Assembly (NCBI GenBank): GCA_951406725.2
Contig: OX597833.1
Coordinates: 13,826,001 to 13,890,000 of the forward strand
Direction: 5' to 3'
Source: Octopus vulgaris
Lineage: Eukaryota
DNA length: 64,000 nt
The position numbers and the translations under genes were made by a program. How positions within the stretch are numbered: the stretch's first letter is position 1; each line of letters begins with the position of its first letter. The notes beneath the pieces are model-generated. The model was not told the DNA's origin. It saw only the letters and a list, made by a program, of their open reading frames with translations, and ran no database searches. This document shows positions 1 through 14,221 of this stretch, one piece after another.

Positions 1-94
1 ATATTTGCCCAAGGTGCCACGCAATGGGACTGAACCCAGAACCATGTGGTTCGTAAGCTAGCTGCTTACCACAAAGCCACTCTTATGCCTATGA

Positions 95-473
95 TGACAA
101 TTCAGAACCAACAAGACTTGGGCCAGGGAGAGGAAGGCCCTTCCCTCAGGACAACATATGCTCATAAAGCAAGGAAGAATGGATGCCCTAAAAATAGCTG
201 GAGTCAGGGTACAGAGACTGAGCTGTAAAAATAGGGATCCAACTGGAAACAAGCAAAGCAACAGCCCAGAGATGAGAATGTTGGAGAAAAGGTGTAGGAG
301 TGGCTGTGTGGTAAGTAGCTTGCTTACCAACCACATGGTTTTGGGTTCAGTCCCACTGCGTGGCACCTTGGGTAAGTGTCTTCTACTATAGCCTCAGGCT
401 GACCAAAGCCTTGTGAGTGGATTTGGTAGACAGAAACTGAACTGAAAGAAGCCCGTCATATATGTGTATACGT

Positions 474-540
<67 letters not shown>

Positions 541-790
541 TGTGTGTGTATATGTTTGTGTGTCTGTGTTTGTTCCCCCAACATCGCTTGACAACCGATG
601 TTGCTGTGTTTATGTCCCTGTAACTTAGCAGTTTGGCAAAAGAGACCGATAGAATAAGTACTAGGCTTACAAAGAATAAGTCCTGGGGTCAATTTGCTCA
701 ACTAAAGGCAGTGCTCCAGCATGGCCACAGTCAAATGACTGAAACAAGTAAAGAGTAAAGAGAGATGGCCTGTCCTCCACAGAGAGTGGA
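95..790 (+). pseudogene. Decayed RTE-clade LINE 3' fragment interrupted by a SINE
   Basis: Translation ...KARKNGCPKNSWSQGTETEL*K*GSNWKQAKQQPRDENVGEK...GLSSTE resembles the RTE ORF C-terminal motif GKRKRGRPKxTWRR...W...A.DR..W; it contains stops and is split by the SINE at 293-763. Confidence 0.55.
293..763 (+). mobile_element. tRNA-headed SINE family A, full length with internal (TA)n expansion
   Basis: A-box TGGCTGTGTGG, B-box GGTTCAGTCCC, conserved body and (GTAAAGA)n-type tail; many similar copies in the window. Confidence 0.9.
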
Positions 791-985
791 GGCACGTGGC
801 TTAGTGGTAAGGGTGTTGGATTTGTGATCATAAGATTGTGTTTTCAATTCCTGGACGGGGTGATGCGTTGTGTTCTTGAGCAAGACACTTCATTTCATGT
901 AGCTCCAGTCTAATCAGCTGGCAAAAAGGAGTAACTCTGCAATGGACAGGCATCTCGTCCAGGTGGGAAATATTTACGCCATGGA
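788..985 (+). mobile_element. tRNA-headed SINE, V-domain-like (diverged)
   Basis: Head GGAGGCACGTGGCTTAGTGG...TTCAATTCC; downstream CTGCAATGGACAGGCATCTCGTCCAGG resembles the V-SINE core. Confidence 0.55.
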
Positions 986-1065
986 AACCTTTCGCTAAAC
1001 CTTTACTCCATACGGAGCAAAGGGGTCGAGCAGAGAAATAGTGAAAGTAAAAGCAAAAACACATT

Positions 1066-1400
1066 ATCATCACCATCGTTTAACGTCCACTTTCCATGCC
1101 AGCATGAGTTGGACGATTTTGACTGAGGGCTGGCGAACCAGATGGCTGCACAAGGCTCCAATCTTCATCTGGCAGAGTGTCTACAGCTGGATGCCCTTCC
1201 TAACACCAACCACTCGGAGTGTGTAGTGGGTGCTTTTTACGAGCCACCGGCACGGGGGCCAGTCAGGTGGTACTGGCACAGGTGTCAGTAAGGCAACATT
1301 GGTAACGATCACACTCAAATGGTACCCTTTTACGTGCCACCGGCATGAAAGCCAGTTGGCTGGTCTGGCAACGATCATGCTCGGATGGTGCTCTTGGCAC
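1066..1400 (-). mobile_element. RTE-LINE 3' end (family C)
   Basis: Reverse complement of the recurrent GTTGGCGTTAGGAAGGGCATCCAGC...GGACGTTAAACGATGAT tail, with ~58-bp internal repeats. Confidence 0.75.
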
Positions 1401-1597
1401 CGAAATTAAATGTTTTGCTCAAAAACACATCGCACTTTCCCAGTCTGGGAAATGAAACCACGATCTTGTGACCGTGAATGTAACACCCTAACCCACTAGG
1501 CCACAAGGGCTTCCCACAAACACTGGAAGGCATTTAATCCGGGTTTTCTAATTTCTTTTCCAATCTGCTAGCTACCTTAGGGTAGTTATTCTCCGGC

Positions 1598-2165
1598 TAG
1601 CTGGCAGAAACGTTACGTTCTGAGTTCAAATTCTGCCGAGGTCGACTTTGCCTTTCGTCCTTTCGGGGTCAATTAAATAAGTACCAGTTATGCACTGGGG
1701 TTGATGTTATCGACTTAATCCGTTTGTCTGTCCTTGTTTGTCCCTTCTGTGTTTAGCCCCTTGTGGGTAGTAAAGAAAAAGAAACAGGTATTTCATCTGC
1801 CGCTACATTCTGAGTTCAAATTCCGCCGAGATCGGCTTTGCCATTCATCCTTTCGGGATCGATTAAATAAGTACCAGTTACGCACTGGGGTCGATATAAT
1901 CGACTTAATCCGTTTGTCTGTCCTTGTTTGTCCCTTCTGTGTTTAGCCCCTTGTGGGTAGTAAAGAAAAAGAAATAGGTATTTCGTCTGCCACTACGTTC
2001 TGAGTTCAAATTCCGCCGAGATCGGCTTTGCCTTTCATCCTTTCGGGGTCGATTAAATAAGTACCAGTTACGCACTGGGGTCGATATAATCAACTCAATC
2101 TGTTTGTCTGTCCTTGTTTGTCCCTTCTGTGTTTAGCCCCTTGTGGGTAGTAAAGAAATAGGTAT
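1598..2165 (+). mobile_element. SINE family B (Meta-domain-like), tandem trimer
   Basis: Three head-to-tail ~190-bp units containing GAGTTCAAATTCC (B-box) and GCCTTTCATCCTTTCGGGGTCGATTAAATAAGTACCAG, joined at AAAGAAA(C/T)A|GGTATTTC. Confidence 0.85.
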
Positions 2166-2522
2166 CCTCCCTTCTTGAATTACTTTACACCATAACAACA
2201 ACAGCAGTAGCAACAGAAACAACAGCTACTACTACTACTACCACTACTACTACTACTACTAACATCACCACCACCACCAACTCCACCACTGCCGCCACCA
2301 CCACCACCACTACTACTACTACTACTACAACTACAACTACTACTTTTACTACTTCTACCACTACAATATATGGAGACTGGGATGTTTTGCATTTTATGTT
2401 TCAAGTCCTCCATTTGCCACGGCCACCACCACTGCCGCCGCCACTCCCACCTTCCAACTGCTGCCACTACAGCAGTCACCGTTCTTCTTCGGTACGGCTG
2501 GACATGTCCCTTAGCAACAAGT

Positions 2523-2631
2523 GAAACTCGATAACAACCGTTTCCATATTCTGTTTACTCGTAGATGCATTTATATTTGTACCAGAAATATTAATGGTAA
2601 ATGGAATATGGCAACGGTTGTTATCATGTTT

Positions 2632-2632
<1 letters not shown>
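2523..2632. repeat. Short inverted repeat / MITE-like hairpin
   Basis: GAAACTCGATAACAACCGTTTCCATATTCTGTTTAC pairs with GTAAATGGAATATGGCAACGGTTGTTATCATGTTTC around a ~40-nt loop. Confidence 0.6.
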
Positions 2633-2633
<1 letters not shown>

Positions 2634-2692
<59 letters not shown>

Positions 2693-3201
2693 TATACATA
2701 TATATATATATAAATATATACATATATATATATATATATATACATATACACATACATCTATACATATATATACATACATCTACACATATATACACATATA
2801 TACATACATCTATACATATATATACATATATACATACATACACACACACACACATATATATACATACATATGCATACATATATAAATACATACATACACA
2901 TACATATGCATACATATATCATATACATACATACATACATACACATATACACACATACATATATACATACACACACACACATATACACATATATATATAT
3001 ATACACACATACAGACATATATATATATATATATATACCCATATATACATACATATAGACATATATACATACATATATACACATATATACATACATATAC
3101 GCATGCATACAAATATACATATGCACACACACACACTTATATATGTATTAGATGTGAGTATATATACCTTGTGTAAATGGATGATGATGATATATGTATG
3201 T

Positions 3202-3244
<43 letters not shown>

Positions 3245-3335
3245 GTATGTGTGTATGTGTGTATATATAATCTGTGTGTGTGTGAATACATACATGTGTG
3301 TGTACATATGTATGTATGTGTGTGTATATGTATGT

Positions 3336-3376
<41 letters not shown>
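2634..3376. repeat. Compound (TA)n/(CA)n/(GA)n microsatellite
   Basis: Direct inspection. Confidence 0.95.
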
Positions 3377-3378
<2 letters not shown>

Positions 3379-4942
3379 TATGAATAATATACATCAGTGA
3401 CTGTGTATGTGTGTCTGTATGTGCATTTGTGCCTTAAATGTATACGTATGTGTGTGACTGCATATATTTTAATTATAATTGATATATGTTCGTCAGGGGA
3501 AGCGGAGAAGGGGGTAACCCCCACTATCACCACCACCACAGTGACATTTACGAACTCCCTCCTCCTCTCTTATATTGGTTACAGAAGTCGGTGCAGGGGA
3601 GGGGGGTCTAGGGGGGGACCAATGACCTTTGTAGCCCATCCCCTCCACCGCCCTCATTACACACTTAGAGTAGCCGGTAGAGGAGAGAGATGAGGGAAAG
3701 GGGGCCCCTGCATCACTGACCTTTATATTCTCCTTCCACTACCACCACCACCAGTAGCACCACTACCACCACAACCACTACCACCTCCACCACCACCACT
3801 ACCACCACCACCACCACAACTACTACCACTATCACCACCACTAGTACCAGTCCCCACCACTACCACCACCATCACTACCACCACCACTACCACTACCCCC
3901 ACCCCCACGACCACCACTGCAGCAGTTAGATCAGAAAGTTTGATATGATTGATGGGTCAGCTCCAGCTTCAGTCATTTGATGTCTATCATCATCATCATC
4001 ATCATCAGCATCATCATTGTCTTGATGTCCACTTCCCCTCCACCCCCGCACTTGCATGCACCCCTTCCCCCCCTTCACGTGGGGGATCGAATTTGTTGAG
4101 GTGGATTTTTTATTTTCCTACAGAGGGACGGTCGGATGGGCCCTTCTCTTCCGATGCTCACCCTTTCCTTGTTTCCAAGTAAGATGGTATTGTCCCTCCA
4201 CCCCCACCCATGACCGCAAAAATGTTTTCACAGATGACTGGGAATGAAGGCCACCACTTCCATGATGACACTCACAACTATCAACGAATATGAAGGTAGC
4301 AAGACAGCAACACACACACACAGAGCTAAACACATACACACACACAAACTCACATACCTAAACTCATGCACACACACATACACCTAAATACACATACATA
4401 CTTAAACACACACGCATTTAAACGCATACACACAAACACCTAAAAGCATGAACACACACACACATACACACCTAAAGACATGCACACACACACACACACA
4501 CACACCTAAATGCATACACACACATATATACCTAAACACATGCGCATACATACATATGCACGCACACACACACATAAAGGCATACACATATACACCTAAA
4601 TGCATGCACACACATACATACATACACACCTAAACGCTTACACACACCTCACTAAATGCATGTACACACACACATGCCCAAGCACAGGTACACATACACA
4701 CACCTGAACACACGGACGCACACGACAAGCTTCTTTCAGTTTCCATCAGCCAAATCCAAGCTTACAAGGGTCTGGTCAGACCGGTAGCTATAACGAAGAC
4801 ACTTGCCCTAACTGCCAAGCGGTAGGATGGAACCCAGAATCTTACAGCTTGCAAGCAAACTCCTGGACCCACACAGCTACACTCAGAACGTAAAGACATA
4901 TGTATGTATGTGTATATATGTACAATATATATATATATATAT

Positions 4943-5180
4943 AAAGCACCATCTGATCGTGGCCGTTTGCTAGCCTCGTCTGGCACCTGTGCCGGTGGCA
5001 CGTAAAAAGCACCCATTACACTCACGGAGTGGTTGGCGTTAGGAAGGGCATCCAGCCGTAGAAACATTGCCAGATCAGACTGGAGCCTGGTGCAGCCTTC
5101 TGGCTTCCCAGATCCCAGTTGAACCGTCCAACCCATGCCAGCATGGAAAGCGGACGCTAAACGATGAGGATGATGATGAT
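4943..5180 (+). mobile_element. RTE-LINE 3' end (family C)
   Basis: Same conserved tail ending GGACGCTAAACGATGA...(GAT)n. Confidence 0.8.
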
Positions 5181-5497
5181 ATATATATAAATATATATAT
5201 GTGCATGCACGTATATATGCATGTGCCGTTTTTGGAGTAAGATCTGAGCAAATTATCAGATTGCTATGGCAACAACAAACAGCTGATTGGTGGGTGAGTG
5301 GGTGGGGGTGGGGCATACCAGGAGAGATCAATCATTATTGGTTATTGCTGTAGCAAAGTATCAGCTGTCAGAGTTTTTGCCTGCTGCTATCGTATTATCG
5401 TACATCTTTTATTATATTACTGGTTTCACTCACTGGACTCTGGCCATGCTGGGGCACCACCTTGCTTTGCCGTCTTTTGTCTTTTGTTTTATATACC

Positions 5498-5722
5498 TAT
5501 TTCTTTACTAGCCACAAGGGGCTAAACACAGAGACAAACAAGGACAGACAAATGGATTAAGTCGATTATATCGACACCAGTGCGTAACTGGTACTTAATT
5601 TATCGACCCCAAAAGAATGAAAGACAAAGTCGCCCTCGGCGGAATTTGAACTCAGAATGTAACGGCAGACGAAATACCGCTAAGTATTTCGCCCAGCGTG
5701 CTAACGTTTCTGCCAGCTTGCC
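5498..5722 (-). mobile_element. SINE family B monomer
   Basis: Reverse complement of the family B consensus including the 5' head GCTGGCAGAAACGTTAGCACGC. Confidence 0.85.
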
Positions 5723-6175
5723 ATCTGCTAATGATGATGTATATGATGATAATGATGTTGATGATGGTAATAATGATGAAGATGATGATGATGATGATGA
5801 AGACGATGATGAAAATTAGTCAAGGTTACTCAAATTGTCTTGATAATTTTCAACAGAATAATCTTTCTTCTACTTGTTTCAGTCATTTGACTGTGGCCAT
5901 GCTGGAGCACCACCTTGAAGGGTTTTAATTGAACAAATCGACCCCAGCACTTATTTCTAAAAGTCTATTAGTTTGCTGGTGTAATCAGTATTATTTATTT
6001 CTTTATTGCCCACAGGGGGCTAAATATAGAGGGGACAAACAAAGGTATTAAGTCAATTACATCGACACCAGTGCGTAACTGGTACTTATTTAATCGACCC
6101 CGGAGGGATCCCACGCATACAAGAAAACCTTTTTTCTGTCAAGCGCTTATATGCCCCATTATTATACGATTTTAG

Positions 6176-6565
6176 GCACAGGCATGGCTGTATGGTAAGA
6201 CGCTGGCTTCCCAACCACATGATTCTGGGTTCAGTCCCTCTGCATGGCACCTTGGGCAAGTGTCTTCTACTATAGCCTCAGGCTGACCAAAGCCTTGTGT
6301 GTGGATTTGGTAGATGGAAACTGTAAGAAGCTCATCGTGTGTATATATATATATATATATATATATGTTTATGTGTCTGTGTTTGTTGCCCCACCATCAC
6401 ATGACAACAGATGTTGGTGTGTTTATGTTCCTGCAACTTAGCAGTTCAGCAAAAGAATTCAATAGAATAAGTACTAGGCTTACAAAAAATAAGTCCTGGG
6501 GCAGATTTGTTCAACTAAGGACAGTGCTCCAGCATGGCTGCAGTCAAATGACTGAAACAAATAAA
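6176..6565 (+). mobile_element. SINE family A
   Basis: Matches the family A head, body and tail seen at 293-763. Confidence 0.85.
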
Positions 6566-6768
6566 ATTTTGCTGAACTGTTAAGTTACAGGGACGTAAAA
6601 ACATACCAGCACCGATTGCCAAGCAGTGATGGGAGGACAAACACAGACACAAAGACACACATACACATACATATATATGTATACACACACACACACTATT
6701 AACATTTTGTTTATCATGTAGGCAGTCATCATAATTATTATATTGTCTTGTTTAGAGAGGCTCTCTTT

Positions 6769-6850
6769 CTTTCCTGATGAGAAGATTGCATCTTACACCG
6801 TTTATTCCTATGGAATAAAACCATGTTTTCTTCGAAACATATGTCGAAAG
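6769..6850 (+). ncRNA. Type I hammerhead ribozyme, intact core
   Basis: Stem I CTTTC/GAAAG; core CTGATGA (6774-6780); stem II GAAGA/TCTTC with inner hairpin TTTATTCC-TAT-GGAATAAA; GAAAC (6834-6838); palindromic stem III CATATG; cleavage triplet GTC (6843-6845). Confidence 0.85.
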
Positions 6851-7534
6851 TAAAGGAATTTTATTAACATCTTCATTCAACTCCATTTATTCATTTATTC
6901 ATATATATATATATATATATATATAAATTAGAAAAAAAACACCTTTTATCAATTCAAAATGAACAATTAAATTACACCATCTAGAGAATTACATATAATA
7001 GAAATATTAACAATAATATACCGAAGATTAAGTGAATTGCAAAATATTAATAAAAATGTATATATTTTTTACTTAGAAGGCAACCCACATGTGCTCTCTC
7101 TCTTTCTCTCATTCATCTACCTCATCTACCAGCTATATAATCCCGTGCACAGATAAGTTTGAATGCCTATTTTCACTCCTAGACTGATCATACATGTTTC
7201 TCTATCTATCTAACTATTTTATCTGATTTCTATCTATTTTGTCTGATTTGTTCATTCTTCGTGTAGATCGACCTTCGTGTATTCGCGGTGCACCCGCCTG
7301 CCCACCCCCACCACCAATAGCGGATATCTCTATTTTTCTCCATCTATACCGGATGTCGCTTCTCCCACCACCATTATAGGTGTCTTCTCTTCGAACCCCC
7401 CTCTTCAATACGCTATTTTACCATGCATTACCCCTCTCTTGATATCCTACCTTCTACTTGCCTACAACCTGTCATCATTTCTCTGAACCACCCCTCCCCA
7501 CTGGTGCTCCCCTATATTCCTGCACCCCCCCCCA

Positions 7535-7775
7535 CATAAAAAGCACCATCCGAACGTGGCCGATGCCAGACCCCTCTGGCACCTGTGCAGGTGGCACGTA
7601 AAAAGCACCCACTACACTCGCGGAGTGGTTGGCGTTAGGAAGGGCATCCAGCTGTAGAAACACTGCCAGACCAGACTGGAGCCTGGGGCAGTCCCTAGCT
7701 CCCCAGACCCCGGTCGAAACCGTCCAACCCGTGCTAGCGCGGAAAACGGACGTTAAACGATGATGATGATGATGA
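7535..7775 (+). mobile_element. RTE-LINE 3' end (family C)
   Basis: Conserved tail with (GAT)n end. Confidence 0.8.
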
Positions 7776-8159
7776 TATATATATATACGATTGGCTTCTT
7801 TCGGTTATCATCTACCAAATTCACTCACAAGGCTTTGGTTGGTGTGAGGCTATAGTAGAAGACACTTGCCCGAGGTGTCACACAGTGGGACTGAACCTGG
7901 AACCATGTGGTTGGGAAGCAAGCTTCTTACCACACAGCCACACCCATGCCTATTTGTCTGTTTTCCTAATGTTTTCACTCTAAAAATGCTTTTTTTTCGT
8001 AATGGTTAAACGTGTCTGAAGAATATGTTAAGAGTACACGTATGTGTAGAGTACACAGCCGCTTGTACTTGTAATTCAATGGTTTGCTAGTTTGGTTGAT
8101 TGAATGACCGAAACGGTTATTGTCCAAAACTGGTGGACGATGCTTTTAGTTATATAGAG

Positions 8160-8882
8160 TGATGAAGGGGAAAAAAAAGAGAGACGTGAATGACCGAGAG
8201 AAAAAGAGGAAAAAGTATGAAAGGAAAGGGGGTGAGGAGAGAGTGAAAGAAAGAAGAAGAAAAACTAGAAAGAGAGAGAGAGAGAGAGAGAGAAATGGAA
8301 AGAAAATGATAAAAAGAGAAAGGTTATGAAGAAAGAGAGGAAGAAAAGCTGGATAGAAAGGAAGAGAAAACAATAGAGAGGGAGGGAGGGAGAGAGAGAA
8401 ATAGAGAGGGGAGGAGGAGAAATATCACAGAGGAGAGAGTGATAGAAAGAAGAAAAGCATAGAGAAAGATGGAGAGGTGGGGGAAGAAAGAGAGAAGAAT
8501 AGAGGGAGGGAAAAAGAGTGGGGAAGAGGAGAGACTGATAGGAAAAAGAAGAAAAGCTTAGAGAGAGAGGGAGGTGGGGGAAGAAAGAGAGAGGAATAGA
8601 GGGAGGGAGAGAAAAAAGGGTGGGGAAGAGGAGAGACTGATAGGAAAAAGAAGAAAAGCATAGAGAGAGAGGGAGGTGGGGGAAGAAAGAGAGAGGAATA
8701 GAGGGAGGGAGGGAAAAAAAGAGTGGGGAAGAGGAAGAGAAATATCACAGAGAGGAGAGGTAGATGAGAAGAAAATGAGGAGATGAAGGAAAAAGAAGAG
8801 AATGATGAAGGGTAACATGAGAAGGTGAAAGAAGGAGGGGGGGACATACGGGGTGGAGTTAAGAAAGAGAGGAAATATTGAT

Positions 8883-8917
<35 letters not shown>

Positions 8918-9046
8918 GAGAGAGGGAGAGAGAGAGGGGTGGGATAAGGAATGGACTGGTTTCTTATGGATGGGACAATAAAGGGGGAAGGAAAAAGGGA
9001 AATGTCATTGATAGAGGGAAGGAGATTTTAGAGAGTAAAGGAAATA

Positions 9047-9085
<39 letters not shown>

Positions 9086-9749
9086 TTAGAATAAAAGAAT
9101 GGGAAAGAAAGACAGAATGTTAGAATAAAAGAACGGGAGAGAGAGAGAGACGGAACGGAATGTTAGAATACAGAACAGGAGAGAGAGGCGGAATGTTAGA
9201 ATAAAGGAATGGGAGAGAGAGAGACAGAAAGTTAGAATACAGAACAGGAGAGAAAGGCGGAATGTTTGAATAAAAGAATGGGAGAGAGAGAGACGGAATG
9301 TTTGAATAAAAGAATGGAAGAGAGACAGACAGAATGTTAGAATAAAAGAATGGGAGAGACAGAGAGAGACAGAATGTTAGAATACAGAACAGGAGAGAGA
9401 GGCGGAATGTTAGAATAAAGGAATGGGAGAGAGAGAAAATGAGACAAAGTTAGAGAGATAGAAGAGGGAGAGAGAAGAGAGGGAGAGAGAAGAGAGGGAG
9501 AGAGAAGAGAGGGAGAGAGAAGAGAGAGGGAGAGAGAAGAGAGGGAGAGAGAAGATAGGGAGAGAGAAGAGAGAGAGAGAAAGACTGAGAGGTTTGAACT
9601 TTTTTGTTTTAGTAATAAATTCTAAAATGATAAGTAAATAAAAATCGGCCACACAAGACTTAGACTCAACCGGTACCCTAACATCTGCGCATATGGAGAT
9701 AGGTAGATAGATAGATGGATGGATGGATGGATAGATGGATGGATAGATG

Positions 9750-9793
<44 letters not shown>

Positions 9794-10736
9794 TGGATGG
9801 ATGGATGGATGGATGGATGGATGGATGGATGGATGGATGGATGGATGGATGGATGGGTTTTGGATGGATGGATAGAGAGAGAGATTGACAGAGAGAAAGA
9901 AAGAAAGATAGAAAGTTAGCGACAGAGAGGCAAAGGGGTGGTGAGAAGCAGAGAGAGGAAGAGAGGAAGAGAGACAGGCAGAGAAAGGGGGAAATGGGAG
10001 AGAAGCAGAGAGACAAGTAGAGAGAGAGGAGATGGGTGAGAAGCAGAGAGAGAGGAAGGAGGAGGCAGGAGAGAAGCAGAGCGAGAGAGACAGACAGATA
10101 GCGACAGAGAGGGGTGAAGGGGAGAAGCAAAGAGAGAGAGAGGGGAAGAGAGACAAGCAGAGAAAGAGAGAGATGGGACAGAAGCAGAGAGAGGAAGAGG
10201 GACAAGCAAAGAAAGGGGAGATGGGGGAGAAGCAGGTAGAGAGGAAGGAGGAGGCAGGAGAGAAGCAGAGTGAGAGAGAAAGACAGATAGATATTTACAG
10301 AGATGAGTGAAGGGGAGGGGAGGAGAGAGAGAGAGGAAGAGAGACAAACAGAGAAAGGGGGAAATGAGACAGAAGCAGAGAGAGATGAAGAGAGACAAGT
10401 AGAGAGAGTGGGAGATGGGAGAAAAGCAGAGAGAGGGGGAGGAGGAGGCAGAGCGAGAGAGACAGATACACAGATAGCTACAGAGAGGGGTGAAGAGGAG
10501 AAGCAGAGAGAGAGAGAGAGAGGAGGGGGAGGCAGGAAAGAAGCAGAAAGTGCGAGAGAAAGTGAGAGTGAGAAGGAGAGAGAGAGAACAAGAGAGAGAG
10601 AGGTGGGGGGAGGCAGGAGAGACGAGAGTTAGCAACAACGCGAAAGATGGAACCAGAATTCTTCAAGAAGCAATTCACTTATTGATTTCATTAATAGCAG
10701 GAAGCTAAGATCTTTGCATTGAGCAGGAACCACAGC

Positions 10737-10790
<54 letters not shown>
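8160..10790. repeat. ~2.6-kb purine-rich tract with nested minisatellites (GAATGTTAGAATAAAAGAATGGGAGAG units at 9085-9440; GAGGGAGAGAGAAGA; (GATG)n/(GATA)n)
   Basis: Strongly A/G-biased + strand with visible degenerate tandem units. Confidence 0.9.
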
Positions 10791-10791
<1 letters not shown>

Positions 10792-11063
10792 TGGCACTAC
10801 TACTACTACTACTAATACTACTACTACTGCAGTGCTGTTTCAGCGAGTTTGTCTAAGCAATGGTTGGGTTGATTTATCCAGTGAATGGATGGATCTTCCT
10901 CTGTTGATGTATTGTTGTTTATCCATCGTGACGACGACTCTTCTTTGCAATTAGCTGCTGCCTGTCATTCGATTCCTCTCGCTTCCCAGATTTTGGGTTT
11001 TTTTTTAACTCGTCAAAATTGCTGATTTAACTTGTGCGTTACATGCGTGGGCGTTTGTGTGCG

Positions 11064-12350
<1,287 letters not shown>

Positions 12351-12380
12351 GAGAAAAAAGCAACAAGAATGGATTAGTTT

Positions 12381-12471
12381 TTTTAGTACAATTGTTTCAT
12401 ACAAAGACAAGCTTTATTAAAAGCTGCTAATATTGCAGCAAATACAAGTGTCCCATACTCATCAGCCAAAA
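12381..12471 (-). ncRNA. Type I hammerhead ribozyme (left arm)
   Basis: Minus strand: TTTTGG-CTGATGA-GTATGGGACA...TGTCTTTGTAT-GAAAC-AATT-GTA-CTAAAA. Confidence 0.75.
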
Positions 12472-12936
12472 CACATATGAGTTCTCCAAGCATCCTAGTG
12501 GGTGAGGCTACACTCATGAAGTATCGGAGATAGTTCTATAAAAAGCAAATTTAGGTTGTAAGCGGGCTTCCAAAGTTCTTTAATCATGATGCACAGTCTT
12601 ATAACAAGTTTTAAAAAAGCTTATTAGCTTCACAGAGAAGGTGAATCAATCCATAATGTAGGTGCAAATTTCCAGAGATATGAAGAGATATTTCATACTC
12701 ACTGACGATGAATCTATCCATGATTAATCCACAATGAGGTGGGTATAATTTCCTGCTATATGATAAGATACTTGTCACACCTCTGTTCCTTTCACAAAAC
12801 TGCTATGTTAGAATTTATAAAGGCTGAAGGAATTTTGGAAGCCCACTTACAACCTAAATTTGCTTTTTATAGAACTATCTCCGATACTTCATGAGTGTAG
12901 CCTCACCCACTAGGATGCTTGGAGAACTCATATGTG

Positions 12937-13027
12937 TTTTAGCTGATGAGTACGGGACACTTGTATTTGCTGCAATATTTGCAGCTTTTAATAAAGCTTG
13001 TCTTTGTATGAAACAATTGTACTAAAA
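12937..13027 (+). ncRNA. Type I hammerhead ribozyme (right arm)
   Basis: Stem I TTTTAG/CTAAAA; CTGATGA 12943-12949; long stem II (GTAC.../...GTAT, inner GCTGCAA-TAT-TTGCAGC); GAAAC 13010-13014; palindromic CAATTG; cleavage triplet GTA. Confidence 0.8.
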
Positions 13028-13178
13028 AAACTAATCCATTCTTGTTGCTTTTTTCTCGTTTATAATCACCCCACATTATTGTATGGTTAATACCATATAG
13101 TTTTCTGGTGCATCTAAGTTAAGTACCGCATTCAAGTGAATTCATTAGAACTGACTTGAATCTTAATTGCTTTTACTG

Positions 13179-13211
<33 letters not shown>

Positions 13212-13727
13212 GTATGTATACATATATATGTATCAGCTGAAACATTGTTAATTAAAAAGATGAGAACAAATATCCATCAAACGTGAGCCTGGTGCAGCCT
13301 CTTGGCTTCCCAGTCCCCGATTGAACTGTCCAACCCATGCCAGCATGGAAAACGGACATTAAACGATGATGATGATGATGATGATATATATACATATATA
13401 GGTCATTCGAGGAAGTTAAGTCCTCATTGGGGATTATATAATCCAAGGTATTCCACTGGTTCAATCCATATCATATAACGGTAAAGTCATTTTGTATGTG
13501 TTTAGGATTATTTAAAATCATTAATATTGAAGAAAAAACAGGAAGAAAGTGGAGAATAAATGCATGAAATTACTAATTTATTTGCATATTGTAAAAACAT
13601 GGCATTTTTTTAAAAAAAACATTACAAATAAATCAGTAATTCCATTCATTCTCCACTTTCTTCTTGTTTCTCCATATATACATATCTATATATATCTATC
13701 TATATAAATATATATATATATATTATA

Positions 13728-14122
13728 CTAGCAGTATCGCCCGGCGTTGCTCGGGTTTGTAAGGGAAATAACTATAAAGCATTTTTAGAGAGTTATAGCC
13801 AAAAAATAGCAAAAAAATGCATTAAAAATGGGGAAAAAATGATGGTAAATTTTTTTTAAATCGTTGACTCATCATAGACATTTTTAGAGAGTTACATCCC
13901 TTATATAATAGCGGAAAAAATGCATTAAAAAGGAAAAAAATGATGGTAAATTATTTTTTAAATCGTAAACTCATCGTAGATGCGCGCTAATACCCAGAAG
14001 GGCTCAATATGAATCACGACTATAAGATACCCGGTTTTGGTTAAACTGCACCGCAAAATGTGGGAAGTAGTTAGGAATATAAATCGTAGGAGACAGACAC
14101 ACAACTTCTCTTTTATATATAA

Positions 14123-14125
<3 letters not shown>
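13728..14125 (-). mobile_element. Non-autonomous Helitron
   Basis: Minus strand starts TCTTTATATATAAAAG, ends with hairpin CCCGAGCAACGCCGGG plus CGATACTG-CTAG, inserted between A and T with no TSD; internal ~90-bp duplication. Confidence 0.85.
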
Positions 14126-14156
<31 letters not shown>

Positions 14157-14181
14157 CTACAAAATTAGAGAATGGAGAAAC

Positions 14182-14221
<40 letters not shown>

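Larger units (their letters stand above)
12349..13160 (+). mobile_element. Penelope-like element remnant with ~226-bp inverted pseudo-LTR arms (12349-12574 / 12834-13059)
   Basis: Near-perfect long inverted repeat, an HHR in each arm, flanked on both sides by (TA)n; an inverted partial pLTR is a known feature of PLE insertions. Confidence 0.7.

Noticed and set aside
2180-2560. Exon-like segment (MEDLKHKMQNIPV / PPPLPPP)
   Set aside because: Embedded in trinucleotide repeats, weak splice sites and no recognisable homology
7180-7270. Possible minus-strand hammerhead (GAAAC-AT-GTA-TGATC)
   Set aside because: No recognisable CUGANGA box or stem II; too degenerate to call
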